This document shows positions 21,365 to 31,982 of a DNA stretch of 64,000 nt, one piece after another. Under the pieces are notes generated by a model. The model was not told the origin of the DNA. It worked only from the letters and a program-made list of their open reading frames with translations, and ran no database searches. Source of the DNA: Escherichia coli (lineage in GTDB: Bacteria > Pseudomonadota > Gammaproteobacteria > Enterobacterales > Enterobacteriaceae); the NCBI RefSeq assembly GCF_041886205.1, contig NZ_CP169029.1, one strand, 5' to 3'. Within the stretch, counting starts at the first letter, position 1; the number at the start of each line of letters is the position of its first letter. The translations under genes were made by a program, and so were the position numbers.

Positions 21365-21819
21365 TCAGCGCTGGCATCCAGATGAATGAGACTGACGCCA
21401 TAACGTCGGGTAAGTGTGACAACCAGACGGCGGAACGTTTTTGACAGCCCCAGGCGTTTAAGCCGCAGAACCGGGTATGACCACGCATCGGTACGTAACA
21501 GATATCCGCTACCTGTGAAATGAATCCATTCTGATTCGCCGGTGTCATTCGTCTGATGTGACAGCGAGTACAGCCAGGCGTTGTCCTTTGCAGTGATATG
21601 CGCGGTACTGCAGCGTATGCCGGTCAGGGCAGCAAATGGTGGCGTGCAGTCTGTTGAGACCCGGTCAGATTCATCAACAACACGAAGGGAGTGGCCATTG
21701 TCGCAGACCACGTTAATCAGTTCAGCGAGATTAACACCATCGACGTCAACGACAATTCGTCCCATGTTCAGCGCCTGCACGTTAACGCTGTCTGCTTCCA
21801 GCGTCAGAGTCAGTTTCAT
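21331..21819 (-). CDS. Hypothetical protein, 162 aa
   Basis: ORF whose start overlaps the cbtA stop; co-directional with the toxin-antitoxin module. Confidence 0.4.
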
Positions 21820-22193
21820 TGTTTCGCCTCCGGATGCTTCCCCTGGGTAATGTTATTTACCGTTCTGTAATTGTCGCGGGTCATCAGGCCGGTCGCCCTG
21901 CGAGCCCGGAGGATATCGATGCTGTTTATTAACTGAGAACGGGTACAGGCACTGAATTCCGGCTGGTCGGTACGCACCAGTGCGTATTTTTCAACAAGAA
22001 AGTTCACTGCATCGCACAGTGAAATGCCAGCTTCAATATGCTGCTCAATCACACATTCATCGGCAAACGGTGTGTCATTCAGTGTGAGGCCATAATGCTG
22101 GTCCAGCAGTCGGATGAGCAGTGTCTGCCAGATGGTGACGGGAGACGGGCAGCGAGATACCTCCCGTACATGTGTGTCGGATAATGTTTTCAT
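21816..22193 (-). CDS. cbtA: CbtA/YeeV-family toxin (type IV toxin-antitoxin; cytoskeleton-binding)
   Basis: Translation from ATG 22193: [74 protein letters not shown]..., characteristic of YeeV/YkfI/YpjF toxins. Confidence 0.8.
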   Translation of the reverse strand: MKTLSDTHVREVSRCPSPVTIWQTLLIRLLDQHYGLTLNDTPFADECVIEQHIEAGISLCDAVNFLVEKYALVRTDQPEFSACTRSQLINSIDILRARRATGLMTRDNYRTVNNITQGKHPEAKQ

Positions 22194-22239
22194 CTTAAGT
22201 TCTCTGTAACTGGTAGTGCTAAAGGTGAGAGCTTCGGGG

Positions 22240-22614
22240 TTATGAGGTGGTTGCGGGTGTCTGTGCCGGATAAACAGCCAGATAAACGTAACCACAGGAG
22301 CCGAGGGTGTCGGCTTCGCAGGTCTGCCCTTTTGCATACAGCGTGACGGTATGCTGATTTCGGGGATTCAGTTCACCGCTGGTGAGCATGAGCTCCAGTT
22401 GTTTCATCAGCAGCGGAAAGGCCTGGTCCAGATGGTATGCATCTGCGTCGCTGAAGCGGCCTCTGATACCGGCGCGGTCGGCAAGGTAATGCAGGCGGTT
22501 ACCCTCCTGCACCAGACGGGCACCAAAACAGGGCCTCACTGTGCAGGGAAGCCCCCACCAGGGGCGGTCGTGATTGTCGTCGGGATGAGTTATCCCGGAG
22601 AGTTTGTCTGACAC
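22240..22614 (-). CDS. cbeA: CbeA/YeeU-family antitoxin
   Basis: Sequence ...[42 protein letters not shown]... matches the YeeU/YfjZ family; apparent GTG start. Confidence 0.8.
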   Translation of the reverse strand: MSDKLSGITHPDDNHDRPWWGLPCTVRPCFGARLVQEGNRLHYLADRAGIRGRFSDADAYHLDQAFPLLMKQLELMLTSGELNPRNQHTVTLYAKGQTCEADTLGSCGYVYLAVYPAQTPATTS

Positions 22615-22776
22615 GATAAAATCCTCTCTGAAAAGTGGTTAAGAATGGTTTAACGATGACAGGTCAGCCGGCGCGCTGACCGGTTTCGGTGAAGATGTAT
22701 GCATTGACAAGAATGGCCTCATCCACAGCGGCGTCTGAGTCCATCTGGTCGTACTCGTTTTCCGGGTGACGGAACA

Positions 22777-22998
22777 TCAGTTCAGGGTGACGCTCATCAG
22801 CCGGACATACGGGCCAAAACTGTCCTTATGGCGTTCAGCAAACACGGCCAGCACACCGGGAATATCCTGCACTTCACGACCGGTATACGCTTCAGTGCTG
22901 CCGTGCCAGCGGTATTTGCCGGTACAGAAAGGAAAAAGACGGGATGCCGGATGTTGTTGGTGAATACGCATGGCTTCACCACGGGTGATGATTTTCAT
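22777..22998 (-). CDS. yeeT: YeeT family protein (DUF987), 73 aa
   Basis: MKIITRGEAMRIHQQHPASRLFPFCTGKYRWHGS... matches YeeT. Confidence 0.75.
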   Translation of the reverse strand: MKIITRGEAMRIHQQHPASRLFPFCTGKYRWHGSTEAYTGREVQDIPGVLAVFAERHKDSFGPYVRLMSVTLN

Positions 22999-23060
22999 AG
23001 TGGGATACCTCTGAAGACAGAAGATAAAAGTGAAAACAGGTGTGATGTGGTTGTGACGGG

Positions 23061-23537
23061 TTAAAGCAGACCATGTTCGGCAAAGGAGAAAACCTGGTTG
23101 CCACCGACTATCAGATGGTCCGGCACCCGGATATCCACCAGGGCCAGTGCCTGTACCAGACGTTCGGTGATAAGCCGGTCTGCCTTACTGGGTGTGACTT
23201 CACCGGACGGGTGATTGTGTGCCAGCACCACGGCAGCGGCATTGTGATACAGGGCGCGTTTAATCACTTCCCGGGGATGGACTTCCGTGCGGTTGATGGT
23301 GCCGGTGAAGAGGGTTTCACCGGCAATCAGCTGATTCTGGTTGTTCAGATACAGCACCCGGAACTCTTCACGCTCCAGTCCCGCCATGTTCAGAATCAGC
23401 CATTCTCGTGCCGCACGGGTGGAGGTGAAGGCCACGCCGGGTTCATGAAGATGGCGGTCCAGGGTTTTCAGGGCCCGTTGAATGAGACTGCGCTCGCCGG
23501 GCGTCATTTCTCCGGGCAGAAAGGAAAGCTGCTGCAT
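23061..23537 (-). CDS. yeeS: RadC-like JAB-domain protein (YeeS/YkfG family)
   Basis: JAMM motif region HNHPSGEVTPSKADRLITERL; two candidate starts (23552 or 23537). Confidence 0.8.
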   Translation of the reverse strand: MQQLSFLPGEMTPGERSLIQRALKTLDRHLHEPGVAFTSTRAAREWLILNMAGLEREEFRVLYLNNQNQLIAGETLFTGTINRTEVHPREVIKRALYHNAAAVVLAHNHPSGEVTPSKADRLITERLVQALALVDIRVPDHLIVGGNQVFSFAEHGLL

Positions 23538-23552
23538 TGTCCCTGCCTCCAT

Positions 23553-24038
23553 TCAGTCGATGATGCGCATAATGGCGCTGCATTCCGGATGCTGCAGGGC
23601 GTAATCCCGCAGCCGGTAATAATGGACCGTCATGGCATAACACTCCGTACGACAGGCGTGATGACTGTACGTCATCAGACAGGCAGCAATGCCGGCGGCT
23701 TCCGGGCTCATTTCAGCGCGGTTGCCGTTCATGGCATTGAACAGTACCCATGTTTCGTCATCATCGTCATCCGGTTCGGGGGCCATAAATGCCCCGCCGT
23801 TGTTCAGAGTGTACAGATTCCAGATACCACCGCAGTAGTCTTCGCACAGACGGTCCATCCAGCCGAAAACACGGGGCTCCAGGGTCACCCACTGTGGAAT
23901 GAGGCCAAAATGCTGCGGCCAGAAGCTGATGCGCTGTTCATCAGGGACTATGGTGGCAACCAACTGAGGCTGGTCATTCCCTGATGCAGCGGTTACGGAA
24001 ACAGAAGATGTGGTGGAATTATGTGAAATGGTTTTCAT
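23553..24038 (-). CDS. klcA: Antirestriction protein (KlcA/ArdB-like, YfjX family)
   Basis: 161-aa acidic protein (EPDDDDDETW) in the conserved position upstream of yeeS. Confidence 0.7.
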   Translation of the reverse strand: MKTISHNSTTSSVSVTAASGNDQPQLVATIVPDEQRISFWPQHFGLIPQWVTLEPRVFGWMDRLCEDYCGGIWNLYTLNNGGAFMAPEPDDDDDETWVLFNAMNGNRAEMSPEAAGIAACLMTYSHHACRTECYAMTVHYYRLRDYALQHPECSAIMRIID

Positions 24039-24092
24039 GAAATGACTCCTTAAAGGACAAATAAATGCGTGGTTTTCAGGGTAATGGCTGAA

Positions 24093-24911
24093 TCAGCGCA
24101 GGCTCTCCAGCAGGGTTTCCGCCATCACCCACAATGCGCGGTTGAGCTTAATGTCAGTGTCAATGCTGTGAATGGCACGGGTATGGATACGTTTTCCTTT
24201 AGCGCTGCGACCTGAAATTCCGCCTTTCAGCATATTCTCCTGAATGGTCTGATAAGCACTCCACAGGTCCTTACCGTAATCCTCCCGGCGTCGTGGCGTC
24301 AGAATGTCGGCGGTGGTGACGGGCTGATGTTCGTCACCATAACGGTAAGTCAGTGCCGCCTGTGCCAGCGCCTGGCGTGCCGGTGGCGGCAGAATCAGCG
24401 ACTGCATGGCATCACGCTTTTCCTCAATCCGGTCAAAAACCCCCACCACCTCGTAAGCCCCTTCAATGACTCTGTCCACCACATTTCCCCGGTGCGGAAC
24501 ACGCACTTCCCCCAGAGACTGACCACAGACGCATCCGTTCTGGCAGACGAACCTGAAGTAACCCGGCAGCATCTGGTAGCTGGAGGTACCGTCATGAGAG
24601 TTGAGCAGAATAATTTCAGGGACATGTTCTCCGTTTATCTCTCCGGCCCGCCGCAGACGCAGCATGTGTTTTGTGTATCCCCGGCGGCCCGGGTCGCGCA
24701 CACGGGTCTGGCAGGCGAAGAATGGCTGAAAGCCTTCCCGCTGCAGGCTTTCCAGTACGGTGATGGTGGGGATGTACGTATAGTTCTGGCTTCGGGACGT
24801 GTGTTTATCTTCCCCGAAAATCCCCGGCACATAGTGCATCAGTTCTTTGTGTGTCAGCGGACGGTCACGGCGTATCTGGTTCGCATAACCAAAACGACTG
24901 GCTAGTCGCAT
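24093..24911 (-). CDS. DUF932-family protein (YfjQ-like)
   Basis: 272-aa ORF in the conserved island gene order upstream of klcA. Confidence 0.65.
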   Translation of the reverse strand: MRLASRFGYANQIRRDRPLTHKELMHYVPGIFGEDKHTSRSQNYTYIPTITVLESLQREGFQPFFACQTRVRDPGRRGYTKHMLRLRRAGEINGEHVPEIILLNSHDGTSSYQMLPGYFRFVCQNGCVCGQSLGEVRVPHRGNVVDRVIEGAYEVVGVFDRIEEKRDAMQSLILPPPARQALAQAALTYRYGDEHQPVTTADILTPRRREDYGKDLWSAYQTIQENMLKGGISGRSAKGKRIHTRAIHSIDTDIKLNRALWVMAETLLESLR

Positions 24912-25322
24912 AATTTGCTCCTTATCGGTGGTTAAGATTTACTGGTGTAATAAATGAAAAAGCCACGTCTCCCGGAGAAGACGCGGCCTGATGGGTGAAA
25001 TGAATGACGTTTATTGTCTGAGAAGACCGTCACTGGCGAGCCGCGTATTAAGCACCTTTCCGGCATCGGGTTCAGAATTCCGGCAGCACCAGCGTCGCTG
25101 ACCTTCCGCGTTGCGGATAACCCGACGGAAATGCATTCCCGGGTCATCCTGGATAAACACATTGCGGTAAGCGGTTATGACAGCAACCGCCTGCCCGTAT
25201 GAGAAAGATCCTTCAGCCAGGACATACTCTGTGTAACCCGGCATATCGGTTTTCTCCTGATAAATAAAAAGCCTCTGCCACGCGTTGTGACAGAGGCTGA
25301 AGCATGAAACTGACTTCAGGGA

Positions 25323-25778
25323 TCAGTTAACGTTTTTTCCGGAAACGGTAATCAGCAGTGGATGGTAGTCCTGGGGATTGAAAACCGATAACGGCAGACT
25401 GACACGATGGCCGTTACTTTCTTCAGTTGCTTTAATGATTTCGGTTGTGGCGACATTTTCCACGCACTCCGTTTCCAGAAATGCGTCTGTGGTTCGCGTG
25501 GCATTACTGTCACCAAAAGCTTCCGTTTCCATTTTTCTGGTCACCAGCGTCTGACCATATTTGTCTTTGAGTTGCAGAGTGATGGTGAGGGGGCCAAATC
25601 CTTCATCGTTTCCGCCATTATCCAGCCGGAACTGGTAAGCACAAATATTTCCCGGGAGCCATATCCTATCTGTATTGCGTATACTGATGTAACGTTGATC
25701 CTGTGCCCGGAGTGGGGCAGACCACGTTAACCCCAGAATGAAGGCGGTAATCATGCAGGTTTTGAACAGGTGAATCAT
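25323..25778 (-). CDS. Hypothetical exported protein, 151 aa
   Basis: N-terminal signal-peptide-like segment (MIHLFKTCMITAFILGLTWSAPLRA). Confidence 0.4.
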   Translation of the reverse strand: MIHLFKTCMITAFILGLTWSAPLRAQDQRYISIRNTDRIWLPGNICAYQFRLDNGGNDEGFGPLTITLQLKDKYGQTLVTRKMETEAFGDSNATRTTDAFLETECVENVATTEIIKATEESNGHRVSLPLSVFNPQDYHPLLITVSGKNVN

Positions 25779-25853
25779 GGTATTTACCTCTCTGAGTCAT
25801 GACGATGACACTGACAAATCAGGTGATAAAGCGTAAAAGGCGCAGAATAGCCG

Positions 25854-28376
25854 TTATGCCGGTAACTCCGGGGGTAATGCTTCTTCCAGTCGGTTAACCA
25901 TATTGCCGAGATGGGATGCATCATATTCCATGACGGGGCGTTGCCTGATGATACTGACCACCAGTGGTTTGATTAACATATTGGTCGCGGCCCGTTGTTG
26001 TATACCGGCGGCGAAAATGATCTCCAGAGCATTCTGATCGATAACACGGGCCAGATTCTCGTTCAGATTTTCAATCTCATGTCCGGTCAGCAGGAAACTG
26101 CCGGCAAGCCATGTCACCTGCTCCTGAATCATTGCCAGAATTTTGACGCGATCTTCTTCAACCAGCGCTCCGGCAATTTTTCCTGATACAGCGGAGGCAA
26201 TCATTCCCCCCAGAACACCGCCAACCACACGCCCTGTCAGTGCACCAAATGGTCCCAGTGGACTGAACAGTATCCCGCCCGCCACTGACCCGACAGCTCC
26301 ACCTGCCACACCGGAAGATGCCACGGCAAGATTCCTGATGAACTGCGTACCGGAGATCCGTCCCCGCAACATTTTGATCATGTCAGGGCCGGTTGTGACA
26401 GCTACCAGTGCCAGAGATGTCACCAGCGTACCCTTCATCACTTTGTTCAGGGCACTGATATTTCCTGCACCGGTCCCCTTCTGAAGAGCCAGTCGGACAG
26501 TCGGGCTGGCAGTCGAAAAATCAATGTGCTTCAGCATACCCTGAACAACACTGAGCCGGTGGAGTTGCTGGGTTGTGACGTAGACAGCCAGTGTGCGGGT
26601 GAAGGTTTTTCCTGCCTGGACAGCAGCTGTCTGCAGGGCAGCATCGCGATCGCCGGTGCTGAGCCAGAAGACCGATGCCGTCAGGGCAAAACTGATCCCT
26701 CCGGCCGCCAGACTGACAACCGAACCCTCGGCAATATCATAAGTGACCGATTCGATGGTCCCGAACCGGGTGATATTACGGGCCTGAGTATAAGTCAGAT
26801 GTCCCCGACGAATCAGCCGGGACGCTTCTGCGGGATCGGTTACACCGGGTACTTTACCTTCGCGGATCTTATTCCTCATGGTTTCAACAGCGCCGGCATA
26901 CTGATCACGGGGGACTTCCAGTTGCATGGGGCCATTATTTCCCATGTAACGATACTGTCCGTTTTGTCCGTCGAATGCCGCACCGACGCTACGGGCTGCA
27001 GTTGAACAATATTTCGTCTGGATTTCTGTTCCGCTGACCAGTCTGTCTGCTCCATTTCTGGCATTATTATCACCGAGGATCCGTGCGTTTTTCAGACGGA
27101 CTCTGTCGACAATATGGTTTCCCCGTTCAGCGGCAAACCCATGTCCCTGCCCTCCGGAAGCAAACATTTTCTCATTTGTACTCCAGGTTTCCGGCAGTTT
27201 CATGAGAATCAGACCATTCGCCGTTGCATCGGAAATAAAGCTGTTGTAAGGGCGTTCATAAATTTCCTGACACAGTGTTTCTGTTTCGCGACAAAGAGAG
27301 GAGCAGTACCATTCCGGATCCGGCTTATGATTTTCCGGGGCATGATGTACTTCTGTCAGCCCGCAGGAGGCACAGATACGAAGCTCATCCACGTGATGGA
27401 ATGATACAAAACGGCGACCTTCTGAAAAGGGATACCAGTCACCGCCGTCCAGGCAACGATCGAGAAAATCGTCATTCGCTTCCGGTGATAAATTCAGGCG
27501 GTTCCGGAAGAGCGTTTTCAGTTCATCAGGTGTGAATGACAGGTTCTCTTTCAACTGTTCGTTAAACCCTGCCATGTTTCTTTCATACCAGGCATTGTTC
27601 AGTAACCAGTTTCCGTCTGCCAGTTCAAATTCCCTCAGCTCTCCCCGGGAAATCCGTTGAGAAATGAGCGTCAGCCAGATGCGCTCCGTCAGTGAGTCAG
27701 GAAGGCTGTAATCGTTTTGCAAACTGGTCAGCCACGATTTACTGTTGAGCACCGGTTGTTCTTCCAGTGTCTGGCTGATGGCACAGGTCAGTTTTTTCAG
27801 CGCCTGGATCTGGCTGGCCGCCCATAGCAGCGTCACTAATGCAGCCAGCCAGTACAACAACCCGCCCCACCACATCAGTGACGGTGAAATATCGTACTGT
27901 AACGCGATCAATGGTGCGCATGCAGAACACGCCATAAGGAAAAAGGCAGTATAAAAACAGCAGTAATACCCGTTAATTTCCTTGCTGATATCTTCTGGTG
28001 TGATCCCGTTCTGCTGAATGTTTTTGATCTGCAGGGGAACAGCCAGCAGACCACCGGCGAGAGCGGTGGTCAGAATAAATTTCACAGAGTCAAAGGTGTG
28101 AGCCTCCAGCGCGATATGTTTACCATCAAGTCCCCACATGAAGCTGATGATCATTCCGGCAATCGTCAGAAATACGCCTGCCAGCCAGCGAATATGGAAC
28201 AACCGGGTTATGCGTTCGGTGATATAGCCAGCCAGTAAGGCCGGGCCGAACAGACACAGCAATATGAGCCCTGCCAGCGCAGAAGCCGTGCTGATTAATG
28301 CTCTGAACAAAAGGCGAAGAATGGCAAATCCTGCGATCAGCAGGATCAGCGCGCCGACTATCTGTAACATAGTCAC
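25854..28376 (-). CDS. YeeR-like inner-membrane protein, 840 aa
   Basis: Multiple hydrophobic helices at both termini; immediately downstream of flu, as yeeR is in CP4-44. Confidence 0.6.
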   Translation of the reverse strand: MTMLQIVGALILLIAGFAILRLLFRALISTASALAGLILLCLFGPALLAGYITERITRLFHIRWLAGVFLTIAGMIISFMWGLDGKHIALEAHTFDSVKFILTTALAGGLLAVPLQIKNIQQNGITPEDISKEINGYYCCFYTAFFLMACSACAPLIALQYDISPSLMWWGGLLYWLAALVTLLWAASQIQALKKLTCAISQTLEEQPVLNSKSWLTSLQNDYSLPDSLTERIWLTLISQRISRGELREFELADGNWLLNNAWYERNMAGFNEQLKENLSFTPDELKTLFRNRLNLSPEANDDFLDRCLDGGDWYPFSEGRRFVSFHHVDELRICASCGLTEVHHAPENHKPDPEWYCSSLCRETETLCQEIYERPYNSFISDATANGLILMKLPETWSTNEKMFASGGQGHGFAAERGNHIVDRVRLKNARILGDNNARNGADRLVSGTEIQTKYCSTAARSVGAAFDGQNGQYRYMGNNGPMQLEVPRDQYAGAVETMRNKIREGKVPGVTDPAEASRLIRRGHLTYTQARNITRFGTIESVTYDIAEGSVVSLAAGGISFALTASVFWLSTGDRDAALQTAAVQAGKTFTRTLAVYVTTQQLHRLSVVQGMLKHIDFSTASPTVRLALQKGTGAGNISALNKVMKGTLVTSLALVAVTTGPDMIKMLRGRISGTQFIRNLAVASSGVAGGAVGSVAGGILFSPLGPFGALTGRVVGGVLGGMIASAVSGKIAGALVEEDRVKILAMIQEQVTWLAGSFLLTGHEIENLNENLARVIDQNALEIIFAAGIQQRAATNMLIKPLVVSIIRQRPVMEYDASHLGNMVNRLEEALPPELPA

Positions 28377-28490
28377 TCCGTGATGAATATCATGTTATTG
28401 TTAATGCCAGCGAATGTGGCGTTGAATATCCGTTGCGCCGGTCCGGGTCCCGATCATGATGACCGGGACCACAGAGAGGCGATGGTTCTG

Positions 28491-31400
28491 TCAGAAGGTC
28501 ACATTCAGCGTGGCCTGACCGTTATAGCCTTCAGCGCTGCTGCCGCTGACGCTGTGGACATAACCTGCCTGAACGCCCAGGGTGATATTTTCCCGGACAC
28601 GGGCTTCCAGTCCGGCCTGCAGGTCCAGTGACGTACCATTCTGTGACGGTGAGAACGTCATGTTACTGCCGGCTGCGGCTGTACCCATGCTCATGTCCCC
28701 CCGGGAGCTGAAGGTGCGGATAACAGAAGGCTGTACCCACCAGTTCACCGGCAGTTCACGCACACTGTGTTTGGCACTGCCGCGCAGGGTGTCACGGGAT
28801 GAGGTGCCTTTACCAAAGTTCATATCGTGGTGGCTGCCCAGACGGAAGCCGGCACGCACATGTTGTGCACTGCCATGCCCGAACTTCACATAACCGGCGT
28901 TGTCCTTACCGTCATCCAGGGAAAGTCCCTGCCAGGTATACTGCAGTTGTGGCTCCAGCATCAGGTTGTCAGTGATACTGAAGGGCAGACCGGTTTCCAG
29001 TGAACCCAGCCAGCCCCAACCCCGGGCGCGGAAGTCGTTATTGTCCGTTGACGCTTTCATGCTGTGGCGGGTTCCCAGGGCCACAATGTCAGCCCACAGT
29101 CCGGAGGCGTTGTGTATCAGATTCAGGTATCCGCCCAGGCTGCCGGCATCATCCCGGACCGTGCCGGCACGGGAGCCGTCATCATCCTTAACATCAACGG
29201 AAGAATGGCCAGCAGCACCATATATCCCCGCGGTCACAGACATACCGGCAACCTCTGTTCTCATCAGGTCACCCTCCAGACGGACGAATCCATAGCTGCC
29301 GCTGCTTTCCGGCGTGGCCCCACGGGCAATACCGCCGTTGTTATCGTGACCGAGATGGCCGCCCTGAATGCTGAGACGGACGCTGTTATTTTCACCGTTT
29401 ACACCGGTCTGATGGCTGCGTGAGCCTGCCAGAATCCGGTCATAGTCCATTGCCTGTGTCAGCATGGAGGCATACAGGGGGACTTCTGCACGATAAGCAT
29501 TTTCACTGCGCAGATACCAGCTCTCATCACTGTCCCGGTTGAGGGAGTAGTTAAAGGCACCGGCCTGCAGCTTATTCCCCTGGATAAAGGCCCCTTCCTC
29601 CGTGGTGGCACCGTTAATGGCTTCCACCACCTGAATACCCTTACCGCTGGTCGCCAGCCCCGACGCACTGTTGCCGGCGTTCACCAGGTTCAGGATGGTT
29701 TTTCCGGTTGCCCTGCCACCGTCAATGACCAGTCTGTCAGCATTGTTCTGTGCCATATCCGGGCGTACACGCAGGCTGATGGTGCCATTCTGTCCGTTCA
29801 GGTTTTTCACTTTCAGGGTTGCCGGTACGAACTTCCCTGTGCGGGTGGAGGTGAAATGAATCTGTCCGGCATGGCTGAGGTCATCCACCACCGACTGCAC
29901 CGTGGCGTTATCGGGAATATTCCAGGTGGCACCAGAGGCGAGAGTGACATTCGTGGGGTCAATGGCACCGTTCAGCACAGTGCTGCCGGTCAGCTTCAGG
30001 GCTGTACCGCGCTGAGCAATGACATCCGTGGTGACGGTACTGTCGTTCAGCGTCAGCGTGCCTTCATTCAGGTTGACGGCTTTCTGGGTGAGTGTGGTGT
30101 TGCTGACAGTGAGTGTGCCACTTCCTGATTTTTCCACGCTGCCGTTACCGGTGAGAGAGCCTCCCTGCAGGAGTGCATCGCCTTCACGGATGGTCAGGGT
30201 ATCGTTGTTCACCGTCTTCCCGGAAAGGGTAAGTATGGCGCCGTTATTCAGCGTGGTGGTGCCCGCCAGTGTGCCGCCCCTGGCGGTGAACAGTCCGCCA
30301 TTTACCGTGGTATCCGTGGCCGTATCACCGGCGTTCAGCGTGAATGAACTGCCTTTTTCCAGCATCAGGGCATCCGCCTGACCACCTCCGATACTGAATG
30401 CCTTTCCGTCGCTCCGGGTACCACTGACAGCGGCACCGGAATCGGCCAGCAGTACACCGCCATTTCCCATGGATACGGTGGTGGCGGTGCCACCGTTGCG
30501 GACATCCAGCGTTCCGCCATCATCCACGCGGGTATTAGTGGCTGTGTGTCCGGTCAGCACATCCAGGCGTCCGCCATTTTCCAGTACGACATTATCAGCT
30601 TTACCCTCCACAACAGAGAATGCTCCCAGGCGGTTTATGCCGGTAACGGTTGCAGCCGTACTGGTAACCAGTGCGCCGCCCTGCTTCAGGGTGACATTCG
30701 TGGCTGTACCACCGGCGTCCACCTGCAGTCTGCCCTTCTGATTAACGGTGGTATTCCCGGCCACACCCCCGTTTTTGACAATCTGCCAGCCGTCACTGTT
30801 TACAACAGTGCCAGACGCCGTACCGCCGTTGTGCACATACTGGTACCCCCCATTCAGCGTGGTATCCAGTGCGTGACCATGTACAGTCTGGTCGCCGCCG
30901 GCATAAACCACAGTGGTATTTGCCGTTCCTTCAGCAGCCACAATCTGACGACCATTTTTATTGATGGTGGTGCGTACGGCATCTCCGTAGACGGTCTGCC
31001 CGGTATCACCATTTTCCGCATCCGGTCCCCCTTCCGCGCCGGTATTCACAACCGTGTCGGTTGCCACTGCGCCGGATTTGATGGCCTGCCAGCCCTTCTC
31101 ATTAATGACGGTACCCGTTGCAATCCCGCCTTCATGTACCCACTGCTCACCGCCGTTCAGAGTGGTGTTCACTGCCTGCCCCTGAAGGCTCTGTCCGCCT
31201 CCGGCACTGATAACCGTGTCTGAAACGCTTCCTCCGGCATTCACTCTCTGAAGACCACCACCGGTGACAGTAGTGTTGTTGGCGATACCGCCATTTTGTA
31301 TCCATTGTCCGCCGGTATTGGCCTCGTTATCCGGCCCATACTCCAGACCGGTACTGATGGTCATTCCGTTGGCCGTACCGAGGACAATCTGGTTGTCATG

Positions 31401-31610
31401 ATTTGTCAGTGTTCCGTCGTTCACGGTTTCTCCCGCCTGTACAACCTTGTCAGCAGCCAGTGCCGGGACTGATGTGACAGCAGCAAGAGACAGCGCAACC
31501 GCCACACCGGCGCCTTTTCCCCGTGAGCGGGCCAGTTCGGAGGCCACCACCAGGGTGCCCGTAATGTGATTCCATACCAGCCTGTAGCTGGTGTTCAGAT
31601 GTCGTTTCAT
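28491..31610 (-). CDS. flu: Antigen 43 self-associating autotransporter adhesin
   Basis: Start set at MKRHLNTSYRLVWNHITG (1039 aa); repetitive passenger domain and C-terminal beta-barrel ending ...NVTF. Confidence 0.9.
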   Translation of the reverse strand: MKRHLNTSYRLVWNHITGTLVVASELARSRGKGAGVAVALSLAAVTSVPALAADKVVQAGETVNDGTLTNHDNQIVLGTANGMTISTGLEYGPDNEANTGGQWIQNGGIANNTTVTGGGLQRVNAGGSVSDTVISAGGGQSLQGQAVNTTLNGGEQWVHEGGIATGTVINEKGWQAIKSGAVATDTVVNTGAEGGPDAENGDTGQTVYGDAVRTTINKNGRQIVAAEGTANTTVVYAGGDQTVHGHALDTTLNGGYQYVHNGGTASGTVVNSDGWQIVKNGGVAGNTTVNQKGRLQVDAGGTATNVTLKQGGALVTSTAATVTGINRLGAFSVVEGKADNVVLENGGRLDVLTGHTATNTRVDDGGTLDVRNGGTATTVSMGNGGVLLADSGAAVSGTRSDGKAFSIGGGQADALMLEKGSSFTLNAGDTATDTTVNGGLFTARGGTLAGTTTLNNGAILTLSGKTVNNDTLTIREGDALLQGGSLTGNGSVEKSGSGTLTVSNTTLTQKAVNLNEGTLTLNDSTVTTDVIAQRGTALKLTGSTVLNGAIDPTNVTLASGATWNIPDNATVQSVVDDLSHAGQIHFTSTRTGKFVPATLKVKNLNGQNGTISLRVRPDMAQNNADRLVIDGGRATGKTILNLVNAGNSASGLATSGKGIQVVEAINGATTEEGAFIQGNKLQAGAFNYSLNRDSDESWYLRSENAYRAEVPLYASMLTQAMDYDRILAGSRSHQTGVNGENNSVRLSIQGGHLGHDNNGGIARGATPESSGSYGFVRLEGDLMRTEVAGMSVTAGIYGAAGHSSVDVKDDDGSRAGTVRDDAGSLGGYLNLIHNASGLWADIVALGTRHSMKASTDNNDFRARGWGWLGSLETGLPFSITDNLMLEPQLQYTWQGLSLDDGKDNAGYVKFGHGSAQHVRAGFRLGSHHDMNFGKGTSSRDTLRGSAKHSVRELPVNWWVQPSVIRTFSSRGDMSMGTAAAGSNMTFSPSQNGTSLDLQAGLEARVRENITLGVQAGYVHSVSGSSAEGYNGQATLNVTF

Positions 31611-31820
31611 CAGCTTTTCCTTACAGAGGGTGAATAAAAAAGCCGGTACCCACAAATGTGGATACCGGCAGGTACAAAACAGCATGGTCAGATAAAGTGG
31701 TTTTTCCCGGACATAAATGCTTCCCCTCTCTCATCCGCCAGAGAAGTATCAGTCCGTTGTGTGCAATTCCGTTCTGCATGATGAAGAGATTCAGCTGCCT
31801 TTTCGCAGACCATTAACCAC

Positions 31821-31870
31821 TATAAACGATCGATAGTAACGATCGATACCTGTTTTATCGATCGTTTTAT
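31821..31870 (-). promoter_or_regulatory. flu phase-variation switch: three GATC Dam sites within the presumed OxyR operator
   Basis: GATC at 31828, 31841 and 31860 in aaacgatcgatagtaacgatcgatacctgttttatcgatcg, about 220 bp upstream of the flu start. Confidence 0.7.
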
Positions 31871-31982
31871 TCTATTGACAGCAAAGCGGTCACGCAAGAG
31901 AAACAGGAGGGGGATGAGGGGTTTGTGTCATGTTTTCAGTTGGTTAACGCAATGTAATCAGGCATTTCCCCTGGCAGAGTGT

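Noticed and set aside
28582..31223. Many plus-strand ORFs (60-225 aa) across the flu region
   Set aside because: Antisense to the Ag43 gene; repetitive Pro/Ser/Ala-rich translations are a by-product of the repetitive passenger-domain coding sequence.
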